This document shows, piece by piece, positions 20,186 to 29,714 of a stretch of DNA of 64,000 bases. Location: positions 96,001-160,000 of the forward strand of contig CAWAQU010000007.1 in NCBI GenBank assembly GCA_963784355.1, in the 5' to 3' direction. The stretch is from an uncultured bacterium. Lineage in GTDB: Bacteria > Patescibacteriota > JACMRA01. The position numbers were made by a program, and so were the translations under genes. How positions within the stretch are numbered: position 1 is the stretch's first letter; every line of letters begins with the position of its first letter. The notes below the pieces were generated by a model. The model saw only the letters and a program-made list of their open reading frames with translations. It searched no databases and was not told where the DNA came from.

Positions 20186-21844
20186 ATGATTACTGAAAAA
20201 TTAAAGCGATCCAAACAACTAAGTCTAATTTTTAATGAATCTGCAGAAATTTTGGAAATATTTTCTTCCAGCGAAAAATATATTTTTGATATAAATGCAG
20301 TAGAAATACAAGAAATAAATCATTTTTTGGATACCTATTCCGGTCATATATTTGTATATGATTTGAAGGGTGTTTACAAAAAGCTTAAACCATTAAATAT
20401 ATATCTACCTAAAACTACTTTAGATGTAATGTTGGGGAGTTTTGTAGAAAATTCTTCATTTCCAATAGATCTTAATAAGTTGATTGAAAGAAAATTAGGC
20501 CAAGTAGCAATAGAAGATACACAGGCATTGATTAGTGATTCAAGTGAAAATGAAATAAGTGAAGTAGAGCTAATTTATACTTTAGGCAGTAAATTTTTGG
20601 AAGAGCTAGATGGAAAAAGATTGTATTTGTGGCAAAATATCGAGTCGCCGTTAGCAATTATTTTAGCTGAAATGGAGCTGAGAGGTGTTTACATAGATAG
20701 AGAAAAGCTTGTAGAAATAGCTAAAGAGCTGCGCAGGGAATGTAGTAATTTGGAATCAAAAATTTTGGCAGAATTTGCCGAACCGGGGTTAAATATTGGC
20801 TCTACAAAGCAATTATCCGAAGCTCTAATAAAAAAAGGATTTCAATTGGGTAAACCCGGATCTAAGGGCAACGTATCAACAGATAGAAATGTACTTGAAG
20901 AACTTGAAAAAACTGATGAAACAGGGCTAATCAGCATGATTCTGGAGTACAGAACAGTAAGTAAACTGCAGTCCACCTATACACAAACAATATTGGACGC
21001 TTTGGACGAAAATGATCGGTTACATGGGGTATATAATCAAGTTCAAGCTGCAACTGGCAGACTATCTTCAAATAGCCCAAACCTACAAAATATTCCTATA
21101 CGAAATCCAAAGTATGGCCCGCTATTTAGAAGTAGTTTTGCAGCACCTAGCGGTAGATTACTTATTAAAGCAGATTATTCACAAATAGAACTTAGACTCC
21201 TAGCTCATTTTAGCGGTGATGAGACTTTGATTGATGCTTTTAAGGCAAATCAGGATATTCATACCCGTACAGCTTCAGAAATTTTTGAGTTGCCGCTAGA
21301 TCAAGTAACTAAAGCCCAGCGTAGTTTAGGTAAAACTTTGAACTTTGCACTAGTTTATCAGCAAGGTGCTTTTGCTACAGCTCGCCAATTGGGTATTAAT
21401 CAAAAACAGGCTACAGAGTTTATAAATAAGTATTTTGCCAGATTTCCAAGGGTAAAACCGTTTATTGAAGAAAGTTTGGGAAAAGCCAAAGAAGTCGGAT
21501 ATGCCGAGACATTATATGGCCGTAGAAGATATTTTGCAAACCTAAACTCAACTAACGGGTTTGTGAGAAAGATTGATGAAAGGGCTTCTTTTAACGCGAT
21601 ACTTCAAGGTTCAAACGCAGATATTATAAAAATTGCCATGCTGAGTATCACACAAAAATTTAAAGAGCAAAACGTTGATGCTTTTATAATTTTGCAGGTG
21701 CATGATGAGTTAGTACTAGAGGTAGCGGAAAATCAAGCTGAGGAGGCTAGAAAAATCTTGATTACTGAAATGGAGCTAGGTCAACCATTAAAAGTACCTA
21801 TTTTGGTAGAGTCGGGAATTGGCAAAAACTGGGCTGAGTGTTAG
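20186..21844 (+). CDS. polA: Family A DNA polymerase lacking the 5'-3' exonuclease domain
   Basis: TGRLSSNSPNLQNIP, ADYSQIELR, KTLNFALVY, QVHDEL; only 552 aa. Confidence 0.92.
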   Translation: MITEKLKRSKQLSLIFNESAEILEIFSSSEKYIFDINAVEIQEINHFLDTYSGHIFVYDLKGVYKKLKPLNIYLPKTTLDVMLGSFVENSSFPIDLNKLIERKLGQVAIEDTQALISDSSENEISEVELIYTLGSKFLEELDGKRLYLWQNIESPLAIILAEMELRGVYIDREKLVEIAKELRRECSNLESKILAEFAEPGLNIGSTKQLSEALIKKGFQLGKPGSKGNVSTDRNVLEELEKTDETGLISMILEYRTVSKLQSTYTQTILDALDENDRLHGVYNQVQAATGRLSSNSPNLQNIPIRNPKYGPLFRSSFAAPSGRLLIKADYSQIELRLLAHFSGDETLIDAFKANQDIHTRTASEIFELPLDQVTKAQRSLGKTLNFALVYQQGAFATARQLGINQKQATEFINKYFARFPRVKPFIEESLGKAKEVGYAETLYGRRRYFANLNSTNGFVRKIDERASFNAILQGSNADIIKIAMLSITQKFKEQNVDAFIILQVHDELVLEVAENQAEEARKILITEMELGQPLKVPILVESGIGKNWAEC

Positions 21845-21853
21845 GAGGAAGTT

Positions 21854-22428
21854 TTATTTTGTATAAATTTCAAACATTTTTTTTGCTTCATCCCTCTCTC
21901 CAGACTCATATTTTTGTATTAAGTTTCTCACTATTTCAGGATTTAAAGGTGCATTTGCAATTTCCTTCATGAAACTTTTTTGATCATTTGAATGAGTATG
22001 GGATTGATTTGGACCAACTGGCTGATTGTAATTATTTTTATGAAATTGATGAACAATAGTTGCTATCAATAATCCAGCAGCAGTAAACAATAAAGGACTC
22101 CAATCTTCATTTCCTTCATTGCTATTTGTATTGTAGCTTTCTTCAACCATGTTTAAACTTGATACTTCAATTTTCTGCAATTGTTTTTTTTGCTTAATTA
22201 TTGAGCTTTGCTTGATGACTTTTGGCTTTTCTGAAGATGGCGGTAATTCTGCCAGAGCTGAATCTTTATTTGTGGTATATCGTTGTGGAGTAGAATTATG
22301 TATATATGAATAACAGATAATAGCAGGAATAGTAACACCCGCCAATAATGGGATCCACGCTTTAAAATTTTCTGTTGGCCTTTTTCTTTTTTTCCTGCTT
22401 CAATTCTTTTTTCTAATCCCTCATGCAT
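21854..22428 (-). CDS. Hypothetical membrane protein, probably frameshifted at an A7 run near the 5' end
   Basis: 163-aa ORF (21854-22345) with two hydrophobic segments; ATG 22428 lies in another frame and would join it by a -1 shift at 22387-22393. Confidence 0.5.
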
Positions 22429-22505
22429 AAATTTGTAGTAAAATATCCTAAATGATAAATATATACCACAATTGTTGCTTTATGTCAAACTATTTCTTTC
22501 GAGAT

Positions 22506-22856
22506 CTAAGTTTCAATATTTTGCTTTGCCTTGAGGTAATTATCTACTGATTCCTCATGATCTGCAGTGATATATCCTTCTTTTTTCAAATTATTAATAA
22601 TTGTTGCTGAATTTTTCTTACTAATATGATATTCAATTATTGTACTTGCTATAATTTCGCAGTATTTCTCTCTCACTAAGTCAGCATATTTTGCTTTGTC
22701 TTCTTCATTCGGTTTGATAAACTTAGAACTGCTATGAAGATTGATCAATTTTTTGTATTTCTCACATTCTGTGATTAATTTGCTCGTAATTACCTCTAGT
22801 TCATTTGTGTTTAGCTCTACTTTTGAACCGTAACCACTATTAAATTCATTTGTCAT
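22506..22856 (-). CDS. Hypothetical protein
   Basis: 116-aa ATG ORF. Confidence 0.65.
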   Translation of the reverse strand: MTNEFNSGYGSKVELNTNELEVITSKLITECEKYKKLINLHSSSKFIKPNEEDKAKYADLVREKYCEIIASTIIEYHISKKNSATIINNLKKEGYITADHEESVDNYLKAKQNIET

Positions 22857-22913
22857 ATATTTTAATTAGTATAAAATATTAAAATTTCGTCCACGGACTT
22901 TTCAAATAATAAC

Positions 22914-22940
22914 AAAAAACTCCCCATTGTATAGGGAGAA
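22914..22940 (-). terminator. Probable intrinsic terminator
   Basis: CTCCC-N9-GGGAG stem followed by T6 on the minus strand. Confidence 0.55.
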
Positions 22941-22978
22941 TTAAGGTTATAGCTATTAGCTAGTTGAAGATTTACAAA

Positions 22979-23227
22979 TTATTTTTGAGCTTCTGCAGGG
23001 TTAGTTTCCACTTTTTTAGATTTGTCACGTAATTCCTTAAGTAAATCCACCTCAGATAATTTTTTTTCTCTCTCAATTACAGACCTCTGTATTTTGGTGC
23101 CTACTTCTTCACTACCTGGATTCCCATCAAATGGAAATTTTACTTGTTCATTTTTTGATACTGATAGTATAACCTTTGATTCTTTGTTTGGTACTTTGGG
23201 TTTGTTAAAATTGCTTTCAAATGACAT
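22979..23227 (-). CDS. Hypothetical charged small protein
   Basis: 82-aa ATG ORF with an upstream TTGACA and a downstream terminator. Confidence 0.6.
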   Translation of the reverse strand: MSFESNFNKPKVPNKESKVILSVSKNEQVKFPFDGNPGSEEVGTKIQRSVIEREKKLSEVDLLKELRDKSKKVETNPAEAQK

Positions 23228-23348
23228 AAAATTGTATTTTAATATTTAAAATTAATCTAACCTGAAAAAGTATTGGGAGCTTGTCAAGCAGACAATTTTG
23301 ACTCTATGGCAAAACTAGACCAGATCTAAAAACTGGAGTATTCTTAAA

Positions 23349-24674
23349 GTGATGCAATCAATTTTGAATTTACATATTGCCAATACGGGTTTTTTAACCA
23401 ACCTAAAATTGCAGCAGCTTACCATGATAAACTATTTGGTGGGTGAAAACGGTAGTGGTAAATCCCTGATTTTGAAATATATCTTAGAGAATAATAGAAA
23501 TTCAATACTAATTAAAGATTTTAGCAACAATCAAAACAGTAAAACTTTATCTCTAGAAACTCTAGAAAAAATCCAATTAGAAAATAATGATTATACGAAG
23601 TTAATTCGAATTTTACCCGAAATTGCCAATTTTTATGATCATGCCGGTCCAGAAAGAGGTGGCTTGGATAAATTAATTAAACTGTGTAAGCTTATATATC
23701 AGTTAAAAACCGAGCAAAACATAAGTATATTCTTAATTGAAGAACCCGAGACACATTTACATCCTAAATTGCAAAAAATTATCCCGACTCTTTTGTATAA
23801 ATTATCAAACGGCTTAAAAATACAGTTTTTTGTAGAGACTCATAGTCCTTTTGTAATTGTAGGCGGTACTCAAATTAATGCTAACCCAGAAGCGATTGAG
23901 ACAGTGAAATTATCACCAATTCAAAAAGTCTATTTTATCAAAAATGGTAGAATTGCAGATAAAAACGGTGATTATTCTGAAAAAGCAAAATATGGCTATT
24001 GGGGTAGTAAAGTCAGCTCACTTGCAGCCAAAATGCTTGGCACTGGGCTTCCTGATTTTATAAACTCCTTACAACCTCAGTATACTCCAGATTGTCCTGT
24101 TTTAGTACTTTGTGAAGGGCAGGGGAGTGATGAGGATGAGAGAATTTACAATACGGTATTTGATAATTATTTTCCCAAGGCCCTTTTTGTTTCTAGTAGG
24201 GGTACAGGGCAGCTTGATGCTAGTTTTCAATTATTACGAGAAGTTAAAAAAGGTTTATCCGCAAATTTTAAAATGCTTATGCTTAGAGATAGGGATCATG
24301 AATTTGCTACACAAGAGGATATTGTAAAATACCAACATAGTAGGCCGGGAGTTAAGGTACTACGAAGACGAGCTATAGAATGTTATCTTTATAATTCTGA
24401 AATTTTAAAATTAATCTATAAGCTACAAAAGCAAACATTAAATCAATCTTTTATTCAAGAAATGGATGATCTTAGTCAAAATATCCAGCTAGAGGCAGAA
24501 AATGGGATAAAAGGAGATGATTACAAGCAAAGGCTTAGGGATACATTTTTACATTTAATCTCACCATTAAAATTGAGTAGTGATTTTTATCTGGACTTAA
24601 ATATAAATCTTGCTAAGCTAATTACAAAAGAGACGCAGATTTATCAAGAACTTGAGAGCGTTATTTTTGACTAA
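23349..24674 (+). CDS. ABC/AAA-type ATPase fused to a TOPRIM-like domain (OLD/PARIS-like)
   Basis: GENGSGKS, LIEEPETHLHP, ETHSP; then LCEG..D, LRDRD and IECYL. Confidence 0.8.
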   Translation: MMQSILNLHIANTGFLTNLKLQQLTMINYLVGENGSGKSLILKYILENNRNSILIKDFSNNQNSKTLSLETLEKIQLENNDYTKLIRILPEIANFYDHAGPERGGLDKLIKLCKLIYQLKTEQNISIFLIEEPETHLHPKLQKIIPTLLYKLSNGLKIQFFVETHSPFVIVGGTQINANPEAIETVKLSPIQKVYFIKNGRIADKNGDYSEKAKYGYWGSKVSSLAAKMLGTGLPDFINSLQPQYTPDCPVLVLCEGQGSDEDERIYNTVFDNYFPKALFVSSRGTGQLDASFQLLREVKKGLSANFKMLMLRDRDHEFATQEDIVKYQHSRPGVKVLRRRAIECYLYNSEILKLIYKLQKQTLNQSFIQEMDDLSQNIQLEAENGIKGDDYKQRLRDTFLHLISPLKLSSDFYLDLNINLAKLITKETQIYQELESVIFD

Positions 24675-24701
24675 AATCGCATAGTATTTTTTTATAAAGT
24701 C

Positions 24702-25130
24702 ATGGAAAACGATATCCAAGTAAAAATTATAGCTGAATTTGAGGCTTTAATGAATTGGGATGAAAAGTATGAAAAAATTATTGATATCGGAAAATCTCTG
24801 GAAAGACTAGGTGAGAAATATAGAATTGAGGCTAATAAGGTAAATGGATGTCAATCTAGAGTCTGGCTACATGTAGAAAAGCTTGATTCAGGCTTATTGC
24901 ATTTTGAAGCAGACAGCGATTCACTTTTAGTTCGGGGCTTAGTAGGGCTGATGATACAAATCTATAATGATCATACACCGGAAGAGATCTTGACTATTGA
25001 GCCTTATTTTATCGAAAAATTAGGTTTTAAACAACATTTATCTCCGACCAGATCCAACGGCCTTTTTGCTGTCTATAAAAAAATTAAATCTTACGCTCTA
25101 GCACTTAGCTATAAAGATTCCACAATATAA
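24702..25130 (+). CDS. sufE: SufE family sulfur acceptor
   Basis: VNGCQSRVW, FEADSDS..VRGL, LSPTRSNG. Confidence 0.95.
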   Translation: MENDIQVKIIAEFEALMNWDEKYEKIIDIGKSLERLGEKYRIEANKVNGCQSRVWLHVEKLDSGLLHFEADSDSLLVRGLVGLMIQIYNDHTPEEILTIEPYFIEKLGFKQHLSPTRSNGLFAVYKKIKSYALALSYKDSTI

Positions 25131-25254
25131 GCTACTCACTGATTTGCAATTATTAGGGCGACAAAATAGCGCAATAGGTCTGCCGTAGCTTACTAATGCG
25201 CATTAAATTTAACACTAAATTTTGTTGTTCGGAAATTGAACTTTTATCTACCAA

Positions 25255-27612
25255 CTAACTTCCGAATTGACCGAAAAAACCTTTTGAGTTGTTTGAGCTA
25301 CTGTTACCTGTAGTTTTGGCTTTGCTTACAGACTCAATAGCTTTACTCATTTCTTCAGAAAAGTTGTCTATAATGATTGAGCTATTAATTTCTTCTATTG
25401 TAGCCGGTGCATCTTTCAATACTTCCGATAATACCTCCATTAATTCATTAATTGGCATGCTTTCTCCACTCTTAGCTTGAGTTTCAATCTGTTTAGCTAC
25501 ATCTTCTGGTCTCATTTGCTTTTCTAATGTAAAGTTAATCAGATTAAGCATTGTGTTTAATACAGAAGAAAGTTCTGGAGTGATAGTTTCAGTATCCACA
25601 ACCATTAATTTAATACCTTTGCTGTTGTATTGTAATGATGCTCTAATTTTTCCGAAGCCGGATGTTTTCACAACTTGTTCTAGTTTGAGTAGATATTTCG
25701 ACATATTATTTTTTAAATTATAGTTTATTTGATTGTTTATAGCTATTATTGGTTCTGCTTGATCTTTTTCAATATTATCAGATGTTGAATTAAAGTATAG
25801 TTTTTGAGAGTGTAATTTTGATAATAGCACGCTGGAATAATTGCCGGATTTTATCAAGTCATCTTCTTTTACCCAAGAAAGTTCACTCATTTCTTCTACT
25901 TTTGCTTCAACAACATAACCTAAATGTAATAAACTAGGGTCTTCGTCAAAACTGTTAGTTATTGCAGTTCCAATTTCATAGGTAGTTTTACCTGAGACAC
26001 CATATTTCTCGAAAAGTAATTCTTCAATTGCATCTTCGGGTCTAGTATTTTTTGGAAGTAAACCACCAGGTAGGGTGTAGCCTTGCTCTGTTTGCTCAAC
26101 TAATATTTCATTATTTTGGTTAAAAATTACAGAGTGAACGTGTTGTACAACTGTTTCCTTAATTTCAATAATAGGTTCTTGAGTTTGAGGAGTATTAATT
26201 TTGTCTAAAATATCCGTTAATTCCACAGGAGATAAATCCTCTTCTTGCCATACATTTTCATCTACTTCGTAAGCACTGCCTGTTAATTTGTAATGAGTTG
26301 TTTTATCCTGGTCATTAAAAATAATATCTATAACCTGATAAACTTTACTAAATTCTGCTTTGTCTGGATTTTTGACTTGTACTAATTCGCCAATTTGGAA
26401 TAGTGGTTCGGTATTTTGTGATTCTGTCATATTTTTTATTTCTGTTTGGTTTGGTATAAAATTATTTGTTGCATTTTCTTTCTGGTCTGTAGCTAGATTT
26501 GCATCAGTATCAGCTAAATCCATTTCTGTATCATCTCCCTCAGTTTCTTCAACTTCCTCTGTCTCAAAAACACTATTTTGTAAGTTTTCAAATTCATCGT
26601 TGCTTGCTTCGGTTTCAGGTTCATCTTCCAGCTCATCCTCCAATTCATCTAAATCGACTTGAGAATCTAATTGGTCGTCTGCATCCCCGTAAATATTTTC
26701 TGCTTCTTCGGAGTTATTTGTAGATAGTGTAGCAAAAGGATTTTCGTCATCTTTTTCTTCCTTTATTTGCTCAATTTTTGATTCACTTCCAGCAAAGTTT
26801 ACAGAATCAGTAGGCTTAGATTCCATTAATTTTTCATCCAAAACCCCATTAAATATTGATTGTATTTCAGATCCCTGTTTACTTATTTCTGTTTTAGGGG
26901 CTGACTCATCTCTGTCGCTCCATATTTGCCATTCCAAATCAGTTGGGAATAATAAAATATTACTATTTCTTCTAGGTACAATGACAAATCTAGAATTTAC
27001 AACTGTTTCCAAATCATAATCTTCGCTCATCTCTAAACCACTTCTAACCTCACCAGTTTCTACATCATACCAGTACTCAAAAGATTTTGGTCTTAAGTGA
27101 TGCTCGATTTTATTCCAGTTCATGCAGACGCCTTTTTCTTCAGCTAAAGTTTCACTGGCTCTGTAGCTACTACTGCTAATTAAACTACCTATATAATCAA
27201 TTTCATCGAGTTCGGATGTAGTGTTTCTAAGATCAATATATTCTTTAAAATCAGCTAGACCGAGACCAATTTTGCGATATTGAGTTACTATATTTTTAGC
27301 TTCTTCAGTAAAGTTGATTATTTCAAGTAAGCTATCTAATAATCTTACAGAAGTTTCCACAGTAGCTTGCAGGCTTAACTCATCAAGAGAATTATTTTGA
27401 TCTAAGTGTTTTGAGAGTACAATGTCTCCAAAAGGGGTTGCAGGTTTGCCGACAGCAGCCTGATTATTTAAAAGGCTAATTGTTTTTTCGCTAATTTTAA
27501 AAAAACCTTTTTCGACTAAATCTCTAAAGCGCTTTTCCCAATATAATTGTAATTCAGGTGTGTTTTCAGTCTTGGCAGCTGATTGTAGTATCTCATGCAT
27601 AGTTTCGGCCAT
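25255..27612 (-). CDS. Degenerate class II ribonucleotide-reductase-derived protein with acidic linker, Nudix-like domain and TSCPD-like C-terminus
   Basis: WEKRF..L, VRLLD, YRKIGLG, YRASETLAEEKG and RRNS resemble NrdJ; LPGG..PEDA..L.EKYG is Nudix-like; catalytic cysteines are absent. Confidence 0.65.
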   Translation of the reverse strand: MAETMHEILQSAAKTENTPELQLYWEKRFRDLVEKGFFKISEKTISLLNNQAAVGKPATPFGDIVLSKHLDQNNSLDELSLQATVETSVRLLDSLLEIINFTEEAKNIVTQYRKIGLGLADFKEYIDLRNTTSELDEIDYIGSLISSSSYRASETLAEEKGVCMNWNKIEHHLRPKSFEYWYDVETGEVRSGLEMSEDYDLETVVNSRFVIVPRRNSNILLFPTDLEWQIWSDRDESAPKTEISKQGSEIQSIFNGVLDEKLMESKPTDSVNFAGSESKIEQIKEEKDDENPFATLSTNNSEEAENIYGDADDQLDSQVDLDELEDELEDEPETEASNDEFENLQNSVFETEEVEETEGDDTEMDLADTDANLATDQKENATNNFIPNQTEIKNMTESQNTEPLFQIGELVQVKNPDKAEFSKVYQVIDIIFNDQDKTTHYKLTGSAYEVDENVWQEEDLSPVELTDILDKINTPQTQEPIIEIKETVVQHVHSVIFNQNNEILVEQTEQGYTLPGGLLPKNTRPEDAIEELLFEKYGVSGKTTYEIGTAITNSFDEDPSLLHLGYVVEAKVEEMSELSWVKEDDLIKSGNYSSVLLSKLHSQKLYFNSTSDNIEKDQAEPIIAINNQINYNLKNNMSKYLLKLEQVVKTSGFGKIRASLQYNSKGIKLMVVDTETITPELSSVLNTMLNLINFTLEKQMRPEDVAKQIETQAKSGESMPINELMEVLSEVLKDAPATIEEINSSIIIDNFSEEMSKAIESVSKAKTTGNSSSNNSKGFFGQFGS

Positions 27613-27723
27613 AATGTATCTGGGAAATTTTTCTTATTTATACTATAAAGTATAGCATAGAAATTGTTGTTTGGCAAGAATTGACATAACTGGATTTATT
27701 CAATACTAATTACGGATACTAGT

Positions 27724-29127
27724 ATGCTTTCTGTATACCGGAAATACCTTTTTAGCATTTTTGCACTGTTTTTTGTAATTACAACACCTTTTCTGATTAT
27801 TTACTCATTAGGTTATAATTTGGATTTTGAAGATAATGGTTTACAAAACACTTTGAGCATAAATATTGAAACTTATCCTAGAGGGGTCCAGATTGTGAAC
27901 AACAAATTTAATATTGGAGCGTCACCCCTTGAGTTAAAAGCCTCAGATGGAGAAGCAGTTTCTTTAAAACTGGAGAAAAAAGATTATTTAGATGAAAATT
28001 TTACTTTGTGGAGTGAGGCAAACACAAACACAGCTGCTAAAATAACTAACTTGGGCATGTTGCCTATTAAATCAGATACCATTTTTGAACCGACAGATGA
28101 AATCGAAACTTATAATATAATTTCTCCTAATTTGCTATTGTTTAAAGCAAAAGATCAAAAATTTTACATACAGCATTACAATTTGGGTGGTTTGCAAGGT
28201 AAAAGAGATGAAATTAAAACAAATATACAGGCAGAACTGAATTTTGAAAATTTAAAGTGGGAGCAATTAAACGATTCACTATATTGGAATATTCAAGAAA
28301 ATTTACTTGTTTATAAGATAGAAAATGAATGGGCAATGGTTGATTTAAAAAATTATACTTTCAATATTAAATCGCTAGCTCCAACAGTGGATTATCAAAT
28401 TTTCATTTTAACAACCAATGGTGAGTTGTGGTCCCTTAATTTGCGTACTAACCAACTCGATTTCTTAGATAGTGGCTTTAATGGTCTCTACAAGGCTCAA
28501 GATCCGGATAATACATGGCTATGGAGGCAGGACAAAATTTACCGTTTTTCAAAGGACTATGTGGAACCTGAAAGTTTTTCATTCGAAAATGAATTATTTT
28601 CCCAAAATACTCAGCTTGAGGTCAAGGGGCTAGAAATAAATGATCCAAATTACTACACCTTTTCAGTCAGTAATGTTTTTCAAGGTTTGCTATTTAAAGT
28701 TGGCAGCTTTTTATATTATGTACCTGATTTTAATAAAAATGTATGGTATTCAGTTGCAAATGATGCAATTTCGATTGGAGTCAATAGTAATACAGTTTTT
28801 TGGTTTGATCATAACAAAACACTCTTTAGCTACAATTTCTTTTTGAAAGAGCAGGAAAATTTTGGGATTCTTGATGGTGTAGATGGAGATCTGGAGAAAG
28901 CAAAAATCTACTATTTTTATCCCTGGAGAAGAATTTTTATATATTCAGATACAAATGATGTAGTTTCTGTTTGGTTTGATAAAGATAATTTAAATAGAAA
29001 TATAGTTAAATACTCTAGGAACACTTGGGTTGATGATCAAAGATGTTTGCCAAAAGTGGTGGATCGTATACAATACTGTATCTCCGGTAAAAAACTTTTA
29101 GTTTATAAGAATACAAGCTTGTGGTAA
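27724..29127 (+). CDS. Membrane-anchored PEGA-like domain protein with a probable beta-propeller region
   Basis: N-terminal TM helix ending YSLGY, then I.I.TYP.G...LEKKDY; aromatic-rich beta region follows. Confidence 0.7.
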   Translation: MLSVYRKYLFSIFALFFVITTPFLIIYSLGYNLDFEDNGLQNTLSINIETYPRGVQIVNNKFNIGASPLELKASDGEAVSLKLEKKDYLDENFTLWSEANTNTAAKITNLGMLPIKSDTIFEPTDEIETYNIISPNLLLFKAKDQKFYIQHYNLGGLQGKRDEIKTNIQAELNFENLKWEQLNDSLYWNIQENLLVYKIENEWAMVDLKNYTFNIKSLAPTVDYQIFILTTNGELWSLNLRTNQLDFLDSGFNGLYKAQDPDNTWLWRQDKIYRFSKDYVEPESFSFENELFSQNTQLEVKGLEINDPNYYTFSVSNVFQGLLFKVGSFLYYVPDFNKNVWYSVANDAISIGVNSNTVFWFDHNKTLFSYNFFLKEQENFGILDGVDGDLEKAKIYYFYPWRRIFIYSDTNDVVSVWFDKDNLNRNIVKYSRNTWVDDQRCLPKVVDRIQYCISGKKLLVYKNTSLW

Positions 29128-29142
29128 TAGATTTTTTCTTAA

Positions 29143-29457
29143 ATGACTGATATTTCCTCCACTAGAAAAAAAATTATTGAGCTTTTGAAGACTATTTACG
29201 ATCCGGAAATTTTTGTGAATATTTGGGATTTGGGTTTGGTATATGCAGTGGATGTGGATGACCAAGGCAACGTTGTAGTAATTATGACCCTTACTTCGCC
29301 AAACTGTCCGGTTATAGATATTCTGCCTAATCAAATTGAAGAAACTGTAGGGGCTTTAGAAGAAGTTGCTGAAGCTAGTGTGCAATTAATTTGGGATCCA
29401 CCTTGGGATAAAAGTATGATGTCTGAGGAAGCTAAATTAGATTTGGGATGGATGTAA
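29143..29457 (+). CDS. DUF59/SufT (PaaD-like) Fe-S assembly factor
   Basis: IYDPEI..NIWDLGLVY, MTLTSPNCP, WDPPW. Confidence 0.93.
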   Translation: MTDISSTRKKIIELLKTIYDPEIFVNIWDLGLVYAVDVDDQGNVVVIMTLTSPNCPVIDILPNQIEETVGALEEVAEASVQLIWDPPWDKSMMSEEAKLDLGWM

Positions 29458-29475
29458 TTTAAACTATACAAATCA

Positions 29476-29510
29476 AAATCAACCCCCAACCAGGGGGCTA
29501 TTTTCTTGTT
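29476..29510. terminator. Bidirectional terminator between convergent genes
   Basis: CCCCC-AACCA-GGGGG stem flanked by A-rich and T-rich tracts. Confidence 0.7.
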
Positions 29511-29714
29511 TCTGTACTCTGTATTCCTGTAATGTTCCGTATATTCTGTACATTACCTTATCCACAACTCTCTCTACCTTGTTAACAACTACTTGCAAAT
29601 TTTTGCATCGTTAAATGTTGTGCCAGATATGTCCTACTCCACCCCCCACCTGTAAATATACTGTAAATATTATACTATTACCTCCTTCTTAACTTACTCC
29701 AATCCCATATCCTT

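Noticed and set aside
29558-29566. TTATCCACA as a replication origin
   Set aside because: A single box with no cluster and no dnaA or dnaN nearby
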